Virus record (IMG/VR): IMGVR_UViG_3300031454_000005
Span: 1 to 55,193 of that record
Reading direction: 5' to 3' (one strand)
Length of the DNA: 55,193 nucleotides
Origin: a virus
Shown here: positions 1 to 9,565 of the stretch, piece by piece
How the letters are laid out: each line of letters begins with the position of its first letter
How positions within the stretch are numbered: position 1 is the first letter of the stretch
The notes under the pieces: model-generated
Databases searched by the model: none
The model's input: the letters and a program-made list of their open reading frames with translations, nothing else
Told to the model about the DNA's origin: nothing
Made by a program: the position numbers and the translations under genes

Positions 1-610
1 CTTCGCGTGGTCCACATTCGTAACTGCAGTGGACCTCGCCGCCAAGGTCGGCGCGTTTGCGTGGACTACCTTCGTCACCGGGGTCAACCTTGCCGTGTTG
101 GTGGGGGACTTCGCTTGGTCGACGTTCGTCACTGGCGTCAGTCTGATCGGTTTGGTCAAGGACCTCATTTGGTCCGATTTCATCAGCGGCACGATCTCGG
201 TCCTCGAGACGATCAAGGCGTTTGACTGGACGACCGTGGTCACCGGCACGATCTCGGTCATCGGCATGATCAAGGCGTTTGACTGGACGACCGTGGTCAC
301 CGGCACGATCTCGGTCCTCAACACGATCAAGGCGTTTGCGTGGCCGACGGTCGTCACTGGCTCAATCTCAGTCATCGGCAAGATCGTCAAGTTCGACTGG
401 ATGACGGTGATTTCAGGCGCCGTGGCCGTCGCGGACTACATCACTTCACTGGACTGGTCCAAGATCATCACGCCGATCGCCGACCTCGCCGCCGCCATCC
501 TCGACTGGATGGGTGGCGTCTTCCCGCCCTTCTCCTGGCCGGGCGTCGAGGCCATCGTTACCGCGATCCCGTGGCCGACCCTTCCCAACCTTAAGTGGCC
601 ATCCCCCGGC
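1..610 (+). repeat. Diverged 54-nt (18-aa) tandem coding repeats of the tape measure gene, continuing from 54901..55193
   Basis: Units of the form xxFxWxTFVTGxxLxxxV are repeated head to tail (AFAWTTFVTGVNLAVLVG, DFAWSTFVTGVSLIGLVK, AFDWTTVVTGTISVIGMIK and so on). Confidence 0.9.
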
Positions 611-2359
611 GACATTCTCGGTGCTATTGCCGGCATCCTTCCCGGCGGCAACCCATTGGCAACCGTCGTCAAGGACCCCCTCGCTGGGTGGGTGCCACCG
701 GCGGGCGGGATGACACCGGAACAGACTCAGGGGGCGCAGGACGCTTGGAACAATCGGTCACACCTCGGTGGAAGCAGCGGAGGAAACAAGTTCGCCGGGG
801 GGCAAACGCCGGACTTCGGGTCCCTGAGCCCGAGTGGGGGTGGCACCATCGCGCCGCCCAAGGTCCTGCCGCCGGATTTCGGGCCGGCCACGTCGGCCGC
901 AACCGTCGGGCAGAGCCTAATCGCCGCCATCGCCGCCCAGATGTACGGCTCCGTCGTGACCGCGTCCGGGCAGGTCGTCTCGACGTTCACCGGCCTGCCG
1001 ATCGCGACCCTGCCGCCCTTGATGGCGATGCAGGCCGGAACGAGCGCCGTGTTCACCGGGATGCAGACCGGAGCTCTGCTGCAATCCGGGCTCCTGAAGA
1101 CCGGCTTCACCGGCAACGTCGCGCAAATGGGTACGGCGGTGCCGGTCGCCGTCCAGCAGATGGGCGCGGCGGTCGTGCCGCACTTCCTCGCGATGCAGGC
1201 CGGCGGAATCGGTAACGCGCTCGCCATGAACACCGGCGTCGTCGCCCATACCGTCGCGATGCAGGGCGGCGCCTCTGGATCGGTCGCCGTAATGGCGGGG
1301 TCGGTCGGCGCCTCGATGATCGGGATGCAGGGCGGGAGCGTGGCCAGCGCCGGGGGCATGGGTACTGGGGTCCTGGGGCACTTCCTCGGGATGCAAGGAG
1401 GCGGGGTCGCCAGCGCCGGCGCCCTTAACAGCGGCACGATCGGCCATTTTGGGGCCATGAAGGGCGCCGGGGTCGGTCACGCCTCCGGGCTCAACAGTGG
1501 CGTCCTCGGTCAGTTCGGATCGATGAAGGGCGGTGGCGTCGGCCACGCCTCGGGCCTGAACTCGGGCGTGACCGGGCAGATGGGCAGCATGAAGGGGGCG
1601 GGCATTGGACACGCCTCCGCCCTGACCGGCGGCGTCCTCGGCCAGTTTGGCTCCATGCAGGGAGGCGGCGTCGCCCGGGCGGGTGGGCTGAACAGTGGCG
1701 TCTCAGGCCAGTTCGGCGCGATGCGGGGGACGGCGACAGGCCACACGTCCTCAATGGCGGGACAGGTCGTTGGCATCATCGCCGGGTTGCAGGGCAGCGC
1801 CGGCGGGGCCGCCAGGGGGGTCGGCTCGGCCATCGGCGCCGGGATCGCCGGTGGCATCCAGTCGTGGGTCGGCGCTATCGCCAGCGCGGCCGCCGGGGCC
1901 GTCTCGGCGGCCATTGGCGCGGCCCGGGCGGCGGCGTCGATCCGGTCACCGTCACGGGTAGCGCGCGACAAAGTTGGTGTCCCAATCAGTCAGGGCATCG
2001 CGGCCGGCATCCAGCGAGCCGCCGGGCTGGCCAGCGTAGCGGCCGTCACCGGCGTGTCCGACGCCATCGCCGCCGCTGAACGCACAGCCAGCCGGGGCCC
2101 TCGTCTCGCGCCCTGGAGCGTCGCCGGGGCGGGCGCCTCAGCGTTCGGCGGCGGTGTGAGCCCGCTGGTCATGAGTCCACTCGCCACATTGACCGGCCCT
2201 GCTGCGGGGCGGTCGACCAGCTACTACGACCACCGGACCTATGGCGACGTCACGGTGGTCCTGCCGCCGGGCGCCGCGGGCGACCCCGACGCGGTGGGCC
2301 GTGCCGTCATGGACGCGCTGCACCGGGGTTATGGCGATCAAAACGGGTTCAACCGATGA
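2..2359 (+). CDS. Tail tape measure protein, C-terminal ~770 aa (5' part at 52719..55193; ORF crosses the circular junction)
   Basis: The frame is open from the window edge (codons at 2, 5, 8...). Nt 1-46 equal nt 55148-55193 in the same frame. It has 18-aa W/F-periodic repeats followed by 21-aa Gly/Met-rich repeats. Stop TGA at 2357-2359, followed by minor tail genes. Confidence 0.85.
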   Translation, partial: FAWSTFVTAVDLAAKVGAFAWTTFVTGVNLAVLVGDFAWSTFVTGVSLIGLVKDLIWSDFISGTISVLETIKAFDWTTVVTGTISVIGMIKAFDWTTVVTGTISVLNTIKAFAWPTVVTGSISVIGKIVKFDWMTVISGAVAVADYITSLDWSKIITPIADLAAAILDWMGGVFPPFSWPGVEAIVTAIPWPTLPNLKWPSPGDILGAIAGILPGGNPLATVVKDPLAGWVPPAGGMTPEQTQGAQDAWNNRSHLGGSSGGNKFAGGQTPDFGSLSPSGGGTIAPPKVLPPDFGPATSAATVGQSLIAAIAAQMYGSVVTASGQVVSTFTGLPIATLPPLMAMQAGTSAVFTGMQTGALLQSGLLKTGFTGNVAQMGTAVPVAVQQMGAAVVPHFLAMQAGGIGNALAMNTGVVAHTVAMQGGASGSVAVMAGSVGASMIGMQGGSVASAGGMGTGVLGHFLGMQGGGVASAGALNSGTIGHFGAMKGAGVGHASGLNSGVLGQFGSMKGGGVGHASGLNSGVTGQMGSMKGAGIGHASALTGGVLGQFGSMQGGGVARAGGLNSGVSGQFGAMRGTATGHTSSMAGQVVGIIAGLQGSAGGAARGVGSAIGAGIAGGIQSWVGAIASAAAGAVSAAIGAARAAASIRSPSRVARDKVGVPISQGIAAGIQRAAGLASVAAVTGVSDAIAAAERTASRGPRLAPWSVAGAGASAFGGGVSPLVMSPLATLTGPAAGRSTSYYDHRTYGDVTVVLPPGAAGDPDAVGRAVMDALHRGYGDQNGFNR
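1380..1745 (+). repeat. 63-nt (21-aa) tandem coding repeats in the tape measure gene
   Basis: GHASGLNSGVLGQFGSMKGGGV-type units are repeated about 5-6 times, preceded by looser MQ(A/G)G repeats from about nt 1020. Confidence 0.85.
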
Positions 2360-2369
2360 TAGGTGGGCT

Positions 2370-4940
2370 ATGACCATCGGACGCAAGCCGGCCGGGAATG
2401 ACGCGGGCTGGGGCATCGTCGGGGCCGGTGACTCCCGCGGGACGATCCTCGGCTCCCTGACGAGCAACGTCTGGATCACGCAGGCCGGGGCCCGCTGCGG
2501 CCGCTACGATGCCGGCAACGCGACCGTCGGCATCGCGATCTTCTATGCCACGTCCAGCGCCATCGGCGCCCTGGCCCAGACATTCCCGACCTTTACGGCC
2601 TCGACGCCGATGCTCGACGCGTATTCGGGCGCGAACTACACCGTCAACCCGACCGTGCCGATCCCGTGGTGGGCCAACACGATCATCGCCGAGGTGATCC
2701 GGGCGCAGACCAACCGGATCGCCCACGGTCAGGACAACTCGGGCGCGATCATGCACCAGCGGTTCAACATCGGGACCGCCTTCCCCACCCCGTACAACGC
2801 GACGCAGGTCGATCCCCAGGGCGTGTCGTCGATCTGGCTCGAGACCACCGCGAACCGGGCACCATCGACTCCGAGCAACCTCGCCCCGGCCCCCGACGCC
2901 ATCACCAACAGCACGACGCCGACGCTGGGCGCCGACTTCCGTGATCCGGACGAGACGGTCGGGGGGTACGCCATCGGCCAGGCGGATGCCATGTCCGCCT
3001 ACCAGTTCGAGGTCTGGAACGACGCCGGGAGCCGCCGCATCCAGTCCAGCGGCAAGCTGATCGCCACCGCCGCCCAGAAGTCCGCCCGGCGAGCGACCTG
3101 GGCGGTGCCGACGGCGCTGACCGCGGCGCGGTACGAGATGCGCTGCATCGTCTACGACTATTTCGGCACCCCGTCGCCGCAGGCCCGGTGGAAGGTCACG
3201 GTCAACACCGGCGGTGCCTTCATGAGCCCGCGGCTGTCGACCACCGTCGCGACCAATGTCACCAACCAGACCTCGCCGTCGTGGCAGGGCCAGTGGACGA
3301 GCTCAGCAGGAGTCAGTGCCTCGAGTATTCAGGCGAGGGTTCTCAACGAGGACGGCACGATCGCCCGGTCGCAGGGGAGTTTCAACTACTCCATCGCTCC
3401 CGGCTCAACCGGAATCTTCACATTTGGGGACTTCGGCTGGTCAGCGCTAACGTCGGGTAAGCGGTATCAAATCGAGTTCAAGGGCATGGACACGCTCGGC
3501 GGTGACTCGCCCTGGACCAGGACGCCGCTGTTCCTGGTGAATGGGCCACCCAACGTGGCGACCAACCGGAGTCCGGCGTCCGGCCAGAGCTTCACGACTC
3601 GCCCGACCCTGGCCGCGACCCTGACCGACCCCGACCATGCGTCGTCGGCCCTCACGCCGGACTTCCGCGTCCGGCCCGTCGGCAACACCGGCACGGGGAC
3701 GCTGGCCCCGGCAACCTACGCCGGCGGCAACGTCTGGCGGGCACCCACCGACGCCACGTCCATGCCCGCCCTCGGCAACTTTGAGTGGAGCGTCCAGATC
3801 ACGGACCCGTACGGGGCCGCTTCCGCCCGGTCGACGTGGTCGGCGGTCAACTGGGTCACGGCGGCGACCGTGACGATCACGGCCCCGGCGGCGGGCACGA
3901 TCACGACAGGCACCCCGACCGTCACGGCGACGGTCGACCGGGCCGTGACCAGCTACCGGGTGCGAATGCTCGAGACCGTCGCGGTCAACGGCTCGTACCC
4001 CGTCGCCTACGACAGCGACGTCATCGCCTCCGGCACGATCAGCCACACCATCCCGGCGGGCCGGCTGCGCAACGGTCGCGGCTACACCATCGAGCTGACC
4101 GTCGTGACGTCGGACGGTCTCACGACCGTCGTCACCCGCGTCGTGACGGTCTCGTACCCGGCCCAGCCAGCGCTCATGGGCGTGGTGGCCGCGCCGCAGG
4201 CGGCGCAGTTCGAGAGCTCGGCCGACTCGACATCCTGGAGCACCATCCGCGTCGCCTGGACGGCGCCGACCACGACGGCGATCCCGGACGCCGAGTTCGG
4301 CGGCTACCTGGTTCGTCGCAAGAGCGTGACGACGGGGGGCGAGGAGACGGTCGCGCTGCTCCGGACGCGCGGCGAGACCGTCTACGTCGACCGGACCCCC
4401 AGGTCCGGCGAGGCCTACAGCTACACGCCGGTCGCACTGCGGCTCGTCAACCTGCTCGACTGGGTGGAGTCGACGCCGGCCAGCGCCCAGGCCGTGGTCC
4501 GGTTGAAATACGCGACGCTGTCCGAGATCACGCCGAATGGCCTGAGCCTACCGCTCCGTGCCTGGCAGTCGCGAGGTGACGCGCCGGTCCGCGACATCGA
4601 TGTCGTCCCGACGCTGGGCCGCAAGCCGGTCACCTTCCAGGGTCTCATGGACTACGCGGTGATCTCCGGCCAGTTCACGATTACCGACCAGCCCGAGGTC
4701 GGCGCCGTGGTCGAGGACCAGCTGGCGGTCGCCCGCGAGCTGCGCAAACCCGACGAGGACGACCTCGGACGACCCGTTCCCAAGCAGCTCTGTTACCGGG
4801 ACCCGAAGCGGCGGGTGCTCTACGTGAGCGTCACGGACATCGGCGAGGAGGATGAGCACAGCGTCAGGCTGGCCCGGCTGAGCCTCACGCTGACCGAGAA
4901 CGCGACCCGCCTGTCCGGCGCGACGGGGGGAACGCCATGA
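2370..4940 (+). CDS. Minor tail protein in the distal-tail (Dit) position, with FN3/Ig-like repeat segments
   Basis: ATG lies 10 nt after the TMP stop; 856 aa. Several beta-rich segments of about 90 aa are introduced by Pro-rich linkers (APSTPSNLAP, GPPNVATNRSP, YPAQPALMG). Position is immediately after the TMP. The 2241 start in the ORF track lies inside the TMP gene. Confidence 0.7.
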   Translation: MTIGRKPAGNDAGWGIVGAGDSRGTILGSLTSNVWITQAGARCGRYDAGNATVGIAIFYATSSAIGALAQTFPTFTASTPMLDAYSGANYTVNPTVPIPWWANTIIAEVIRAQTNRIAHGQDNSGAIMHQRFNIGTAFPTPYNATQVDPQGVSSIWLETTANRAPSTPSNLAPAPDAITNSTTPTLGADFRDPDETVGGYAIGQADAMSAYQFEVWNDAGSRRIQSSGKLIATAAQKSARRATWAVPTALTAARYEMRCIVYDYFGTPSPQARWKVTVNTGGAFMSPRLSTTVATNVTNQTSPSWQGQWTSSAGVSASSIQARVLNEDGTIARSQGSFNYSIAPGSTGIFTFGDFGWSALTSGKRYQIEFKGMDTLGGDSPWTRTPLFLVNGPPNVATNRSPASGQSFTTRPTLAATLTDPDHASSALTPDFRVRPVGNTGTGTLAPATYAGGNVWRAPTDATSMPALGNFEWSVQITDPYGAASARSTWSAVNWVTAATVTITAPAAGTITTGTPTVTATVDRAVTSYRVRMLETVAVNGSYPVAYDSDVIASGTISHTIPAGRLRNGRGYTIELTVVTSDGLTTVVTRVVTVSYPAQPALMGVVAAPQAAQFESSADSTSWSTIRVAWTAPTTTAIPDAEFGGYLVRRKSVTTGGEETVALLRTRGETVYVDRTPRSGEAYSYTPVALRLVNLLDWVESTPASAQAVVRLKYATLSEITPNGLSLPLRAWQSRGDAPVRDIDVVPTLGRKPVTFQGLMDYAVISGQFTITDQPEVGAVVEDQLAVARELRKPDEDDLGRPVPKQLCYRDPKRRVLYVSVTDIGEEDEHSVRLARLSLTLTENATRLSGATGGTP

Positions 4941-6070
4941 CGATGCCCGTTTACCCCGCGCCCGAACTGATCAGTGGCGCCTACGCGATGCGGATGGAGC
5001 TGTGGCGGGCCGACCGCTACGGCCGGAAGCTGGAGCGCCTGAGCGACCGGCGACCGGTCTCCGGCTCGATCAGCTTCAACGAGGACAACGAGTTCAAGCG
5101 GCAGCTGTCGCTCACCATCGAGGATCCCGGCGCGCTGCGCCCGTTCCAGGACTTCGTCATCCCGACCATCGCCCTGGCGAAGCCCTTCGGTGCGGTCGAG
5201 GAGCGCAACCTCGGCCATTTCCTCATTACGCCGCCTGCCCAGTCGGTCGCGACCGGACGCCGCACCGGTCAAATCGAGGCCCGGGACAGCACCATCCTGC
5301 TGGCCCGCCGGCAGGTCGGGGACTTCACGCGGCCGGCCGGGGCGGATGTCGGCCGGGTCGCCTACGACCTGGCACTGACGGCCGGGTTCCTTCCCGAGCA
5401 GCTGGACATCCCCGTCGATACCGGCGTCGCGCTGGATCAGGACTACCGACCGTCACCGGGCGCGGTCGTCCTGGTCGAGGTGAACACGCTGCTCAACGCC
5501 GGCAACTGCTACACGGTCTGGGGGACGGGCAACGGGCTGGTGAAGTCGGCCCGCTACCAGGACCCGTCGCGGGGCGTGGCCAACCGACGGTACTCGACCG
5601 AGTCGGGCCTGGAGATCGTGCCGCCGATCACCGAGACGCCCAGCTGGGACAGCCTGCGCAACGCCGTCACGGTCCGCAACCTCCGGCCCGGCCAGCCGCC
5701 GATCTGGTGGACCGCCCGGATCACCAACCGGAACCACCCGCTCTATTTCGATCCGGACGACTCGAGCGTCGGCTTCGGCAAGGAGTGGAGCGGGCCGCCC
5801 GTCGACAACAGCCAGATCCCCGATGAGGCGGCGGCGAAGGCGCTGGCCGAGAGCCTGCTCGCCGCCGGCGCCAGCTACTACCGCAAGCTCGCGGTCACGA
5901 CCGTGGTGGACATCGACGCCGGCGGGCACGACCTCATCGAGCTCGACATCCGCAACGGACGCGAAGTGCTCTACGACGGTCTCTGGCGCCGCCGCACCTG
6001 GCGGATCGCGCTCCAGGGGATCAGCGCCACAACGGAATCAGATCTCTATCGCTCGGAGGACTGGCAATGA
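4937..6070 (+). CDS. Minor tail protein (tail tip/baseplate component)
   Basis: ATGA start/stop overlap with the upstream gene; 377 aa. Second gene after the TMP in a tail module. No specific motif recognised. Confidence 0.6.
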   Translation: MTMPVYPAPELISGAYAMRMELWRADRYGRKLERLSDRRPVSGSISFNEDNEFKRQLSLTIEDPGALRPFQDFVIPTIALAKPFGAVEERNLGHFLITPPAQSVATGRRTGQIEARDSTILLARRQVGDFTRPAGADVGRVAYDLALTAGFLPEQLDIPVDTGVALDQDYRPSPGAVVLVEVNTLLNAGNCYTVWGTGNGLVKSARYQDPSRGVANRRYSTESGLEIVPPITETPSWDSLRNAVTVRNLRPGQPPIWWTARITNRNHPLYFDPDDSSVGFGKEWSGPPVDNSQIPDEAAAKALAESLLAAGASYYRKLAVTTVVDIDAGGHDLIELDIRNGREVLYDGLWRRRTWRIALQGISATTESDLYRSEDWQ

Positions 6071-8616
6071 GCACTCCTGATCCTGGGGCAATCCGGGGAC
6101 TGGCGACCGGTCTGTGGGCCAGCCTGACGCGGGACGTCAAGGCGACCATCGACCGCCTGACGGACGTCCGCCGGGTGCAGGCGATCGAGGAAGACGGCCG
6201 GGTCACGATCGCGTCGACCAACCCCGACGCCCCGGCTCCCATGACGGTGTCGCGGTTGCGGGGTTCGACGTTCGCGCCGGGCGACGACGTGGTCACGATG
6301 CGGGTCGCCGGCTACGACGTCGCGATCGGAACGCTGGCGACGGCGGCTGACATGGTGGACAACGGTCAGGGCAATGGACCGGGTGGCACGCCCAACCAGA
6401 GCATCGATGTCTATGGACCGGGGCTGGGTCTGATCACTAGCAACCCGGCCGTAATGGATTTCAAGAACGGGTTCGCGCTCAGCGAACCCGTCCCGGACGT
6501 GGTCAGGCTCGACCTCGCCTACGGTGGGAACGGCACGGCGACGACCGTAGCGCGAAGCGATCACACCCACGTCGCGACATGGGATGTCCTGATCGTCATC
6601 CCCTACAGCATCCGCTATCAGGGCACCGTCCGGGCGATGACGACCAAGGAACGGTCGATGTGCGAGACCGTCGCCCGCCAGTTCTCCGGCCTCTATTCGA
6701 TGGCCTCCGGTGGCCTGATGGATGTGCGGGCGCGGGGCGTGTTCCGCGAAACGACCTGGGATCTGGATGCCGACCTCGCCGCGATCGGGAGCGGCTTGCC
6801 GGGGTTCGGCACGGGCGTCTGGATCGACGCCCAGCACGGCCAGCGGTTCCTCGATACCTACAACGGCCGGACCTACGACGCCCAGGTCATCATGGTCGGC
6901 AAGGCGCAGATCGACTCGACCGCCGACGGGCTCACCACGGGCGGCACGCCGGGCTGGTGTTTCCTCAACATCGGGGACGGCAACTACGACTTCTACGCCG
7001 GCCAGAACCGGCTTGCGGACGTGCTGGTCCATGAGATGAACCACCAGGTCGAATCGCGGATGCAGAACCTCGGCCTGGCGATCTCGCCGGTCGATGGATC
7101 GATACCCGGCACCACTGGCGCAGCGGCAATCAACAACGAGCCGCACCACAACTGGTTCTCCGGCTATATCGCCTGGTGGGACTACAACGACTTCTCCGGG
7201 CTGACCGACGACGGCCACGGCCCGACCGTCCACGCCGACACCCTGACGCTGCCCGACATCTACGTCGACCCGGACAACGGCTGGGGTGTGTTCACCACCG
7301 GAGGAACCGGCGACTACAACCAGAGCATCGACGTGTTCGGTACCGGCGTCGGCCAGATCACGTCCAACCTTGCCTATATCGACGTCAAGGACGGCCTGCT
7401 GGCGACGGAGCCGACCGTCGATGGTGTCCGGCTCGACGTGGACTTCACCGCGTCCGGCGGCTCCAACGGCACGACAACCAAGGTGGCGCGAGGCGATCAC
7501 ACACACGCGGCGGCGGACATCGCCTCTGGCATCATCGTCCCCGCCCGGCTCGGCATTGGCACCGCCTCGGCCACGACAACCCTGTATGGCGATGGGACGT
7601 GGAAGACGGCGCCGACCGGCGGAACGAGCACGACGTGGAACGGCGGCGATGTCACGGCGGCGACCCACTATCGCAACGTCGCGGTCGACGGGGACGACAG
7701 CGCGAGCGTCCGGCGCTGGGCGATGTATTCATCGGGGACGTTCGAGTCGTACGACGCCAACGGCTTTGTCCGCGCCAGCCTCGGGAACGGGTCGCTTTCG
7801 CTCTACGATTCGCTCGGCACGCAGACCGTCTACCTCCCCACGACGGGCAACCCGAGCGTTCCGCCCCGCTTCGCCGTGACCCCCACCGTGGGCGCGTCGG
7901 GCAGCGCGGTGAACGTCAGTCTCACGGGGCACACACACGTCAAGGGCGATGTCGGGCTCGGCAACGTCGATAACACGTCGGACGCGAGCAAGCCGGTCAG
8001 CACACCAACGCAGACCGCGCTCGACGCCAAGGCACCGCTCGCGTCGCCGGCCTTCACCGGAACGCCAACGGGTATCACCAAGGCGCACGTCGGGCTCGGC
8101 AACGTGGACAACACCGCCGACACAGCCAAGCCCATATCAACGGCGACGCAGGCCGCGCTCGACAGCAAGAGCAGCACCGCTCACACGGTCTCCCGGCCGA
8201 CCTCGAACTTCACCACGACGGCGACCGGCACCGTCGTCCCCACGGCCACCCTCGGTATCACGGTGGGGGCCAACGAGGTCTGGGAGTTCGTCATCGACCT
8301 GTTCACTGGATGCAGCGGGACCGGCGGGACCAAATGGGGCATCTACTGCACCCAGGCGGCGACGCTGCGCGGCAGCGCGATCGGCATGGCGGCGATCCCG
8401 ACCGCTGTCACCTCGGCATCCCTGACCACGAACGCCGGGCTGAGCGGCGTCGCGTTCAACACCGCCGCTCGCCAGGACGGGTGGGTCCGCATCGCCGGGA
8501 TCATCGCCAACGGGGCAACGGCGGGAACCTTCTACCCGGTCTGGGGAGCTGGCGTCGCGGGCGAAACCAGCACCCTGTACACCAACAGCCTGATCGTCGC
8601 CCATCGCATTGGGTAG
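6067..8616 (+). CDS. Tail fibre / receptor-binding protein with an embedded HExxH metallopeptidase-like segment
   Basis: ATGA overlap with the upstream gene; 849 aa. Contains two copies of the phage-fibre motif GLGNVDNT.D..KP.S...Q.AL..K (7951-8031 and 8089-8169). Contains two copies of NQSIDV.G.G.G.ITSN...G(G)NGT.TT.AR.DHTH (6394-6570 and 7318-7506). HEMNH is at 7030-7044. Confidence 0.8.
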   Translation: MSTPDPGAIRGLATGLWASLTRDVKATIDRLTDVRRVQAIEEDGRVTIASTNPDAPAPMTVSRLRGSTFAPGDDVVTMRVAGYDVAIGTLATAADMVDNGQGNGPGGTPNQSIDVYGPGLGLITSNPAVMDFKNGFALSEPVPDVVRLDLAYGGNGTATTVARSDHTHVATWDVLIVIPYSIRYQGTVRAMTTKERSMCETVARQFSGLYSMASGGLMDVRARGVFRETTWDLDADLAAIGSGLPGFGTGVWIDAQHGQRFLDTYNGRTYDAQVIMVGKAQIDSTADGLTTGGTPGWCFLNIGDGNYDFYAGQNRLADVLVHEMNHQVESRMQNLGLAISPVDGSIPGTTGAAAINNEPHHNWFSGYIAWWDYNDFSGLTDDGHGPTVHADTLTLPDIYVDPDNGWGVFTTGGTGDYNQSIDVFGTGVGQITSNLAYIDVKDGLLATEPTVDGVRLDVDFTASGGSNGTTTKVARGDHTHAAADIASGIIVPARLGIGTASATTTLYGDGTWKTAPTGGTSTTWNGGDVTAATHYRNVAVDGDDSASVRRWAMYSSGTFESYDANGFVRASLGNGSLSLYDSLGTQTVYLPTTGNPSVPPRFAVTPTVGASGSAVNVSLTGHTHVKGDVGLGNVDNTSDASKPVSTPTQTALDAKAPLASPAFTGTPTGITKAHVGLGNVDNTADTAKPISTATQAALDSKSSTAHTVSRPTSNFTTTATGTVVPTATLGITVGANEVWEFVIDLFTGCSGTGGTKWGIYCTQAATLRGSAIGMAAIPTAVTSASLTTNAGLSGVAFNTAARQDGWVRIAGIIANGATAGTFYPVWGAGVAGETSTLYTNSLIVAHRIG

Positions 8617-8630
8617 GGAGAACGACGGAT

Positions 8631-9026
8631 ATGACCGACTACGTGAACATCGTCTACCCGCCGGGCACCATCGTCGAGACGCACCCCGACACGCCGGTTG
8701 ATGGGCAGGGCGGACGATGGGACTGGTTCCGGCACCGGGAGGACGGAAAGCTCTACGAGCAGTGGCCCTACTGGACGCCAGACCCGACGCCCCCAGCGGA
8801 GCAGGTCGCCGTCGGGGAAGCCCGCTCTGCACTGACCGACGCCGGGGCGTCCCAGACGCAGCTCATGTCACGGATCGAGGGACTGCGCTCTGGCACGGGG
8901 CTCACCAGTCTCACCGCCCTGCGGACCGCCATCGTCGCTGCGCTCGATCAGCAGGCCGTGACCAACGCCAAGGTCTTGCGGGCGGCCAGCCGGACGCTCG
9001 ACGCCACGGGGTCGAAGGGGGGCTGA
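8631..9026 (+). CDS. Hypothetical protein (tail-fibre associated by position)
   Basis: ATG at 8631 lies after GGGAGAACGACGG and 15 nt after the fibre stop; 131 aa. In frame with track ORF 8310..9026. Confidence 0.55.
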   Translation: MTDYVNIVYPPGTIVETHPDTPVDGQGGRWDWFRHREDGKLYEQWPYWTPDPTPPAEQVAVGEARSALTDAGASQTQLMSRIEGLRSGTGLTSLTALRTAIVAALDQQAVTNAKVLRAASRTLDATGSKGG

Positions 9027-9056
9027 CCGTGATGATCGGATGGGAGGGAGTGACCG

Positions 9057-9368
9057 GTGTCAGATGGGGTTCTCGTCGTCACGATCCCCGCCTTGATCCT
9101 CGCGCTATCGAGCGCGGTGGCCGCCGTCTGGAAGTGGCTGACGACCAGGGGCATGACGAGGAAGCGCAGCGCCGACCGGACCACCGTGTCCGACGAGGTG
9201 ACCGACACCTACAAGTTGGTGGCGCGGAAGCTCAACGTCGAGGTGGAGGAACTCAACGAGACCGTCGTCCGGCGAAACCGGAGCATCACCGACCTGAACC
9301 GGACCATCGAAGATCGCGACCGGACCATTGCGGACCTGCGACGGGCGATCGGAGGGCAGAACCCATGA
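9057..9368 (+). CDS. Small membrane-anchored coiled-coil protein
   Basis: GTG start 6 nt after GGAGGGAG. N-terminal hydrophobic helix (VLVVTIPALILALSSAVAAVW) followed by a charged heptad-like region (LNVEVEELNETVVRRNRSITDLNRTIEDRDRTIADL). Confidence 0.6.
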   Translation: MSDGVLVVTIPALILALSSAVAAVWKWLTTRGMTRKRSADRTTVSDEVTDTYKLVARKLNVEVEELNETVVRRNRSITDLNRTIEDRDRTIADLRRAIGGQNP

Positions 9369-9565
9369 ACATCGTCGTTCGGTTGATTGATTGGGTAGAA
9401 GGGATCGGCGCTAAGCGGTACGACAGTCAGGCCGATGCCGACTGGCTCAAACGAGATGAGGACAAGCGGGACGCGGAGGCGTTGCTGGAACGGGTCCGGC
9501 AGCGGGCGGCGAGCCCGATCGAGCGCGCTGTATTGGGACAGCCACCCCAACGGAGGCCGGAATGA
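9365..9565 (+). CDS. Hypothetical small protein
   Basis: ATGA overlap with the upstream stop; 66 aa, charged. In frame with track ORF 8717..9565. Confidence 0.45.
   Translation: MNIVVRLIDWVEGIGAKRYDSQADADWLKRDEDKRDAEALLERVRQRAASPIERAVLGQPPQRRPE

Noticed and set aside
2241-2369. Upstream alternative start for the first minor tail gene
   Set aside because: It lies inside the tape measure coding region. The ATG at 2370, just after the TMP stop, fits the operon spacing.
6394-7506. Tail-fibre internal duplication as a diversity-generating retroelement TR/VR pair
   Set aside because: There is no reverse transcriptase gene anywhere in the genome. The differences between the copies involve all bases, not adenine-specific substitutions.
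6046-7668. 540-aa ORF on the minus strand
   Set aside because: It is antisense to the well-supported tail-fibre gene. Its Arg/Gly/Asp-rich composition is typical of shadow ORFs in high-G+C DNA. It has no RBS or motif.
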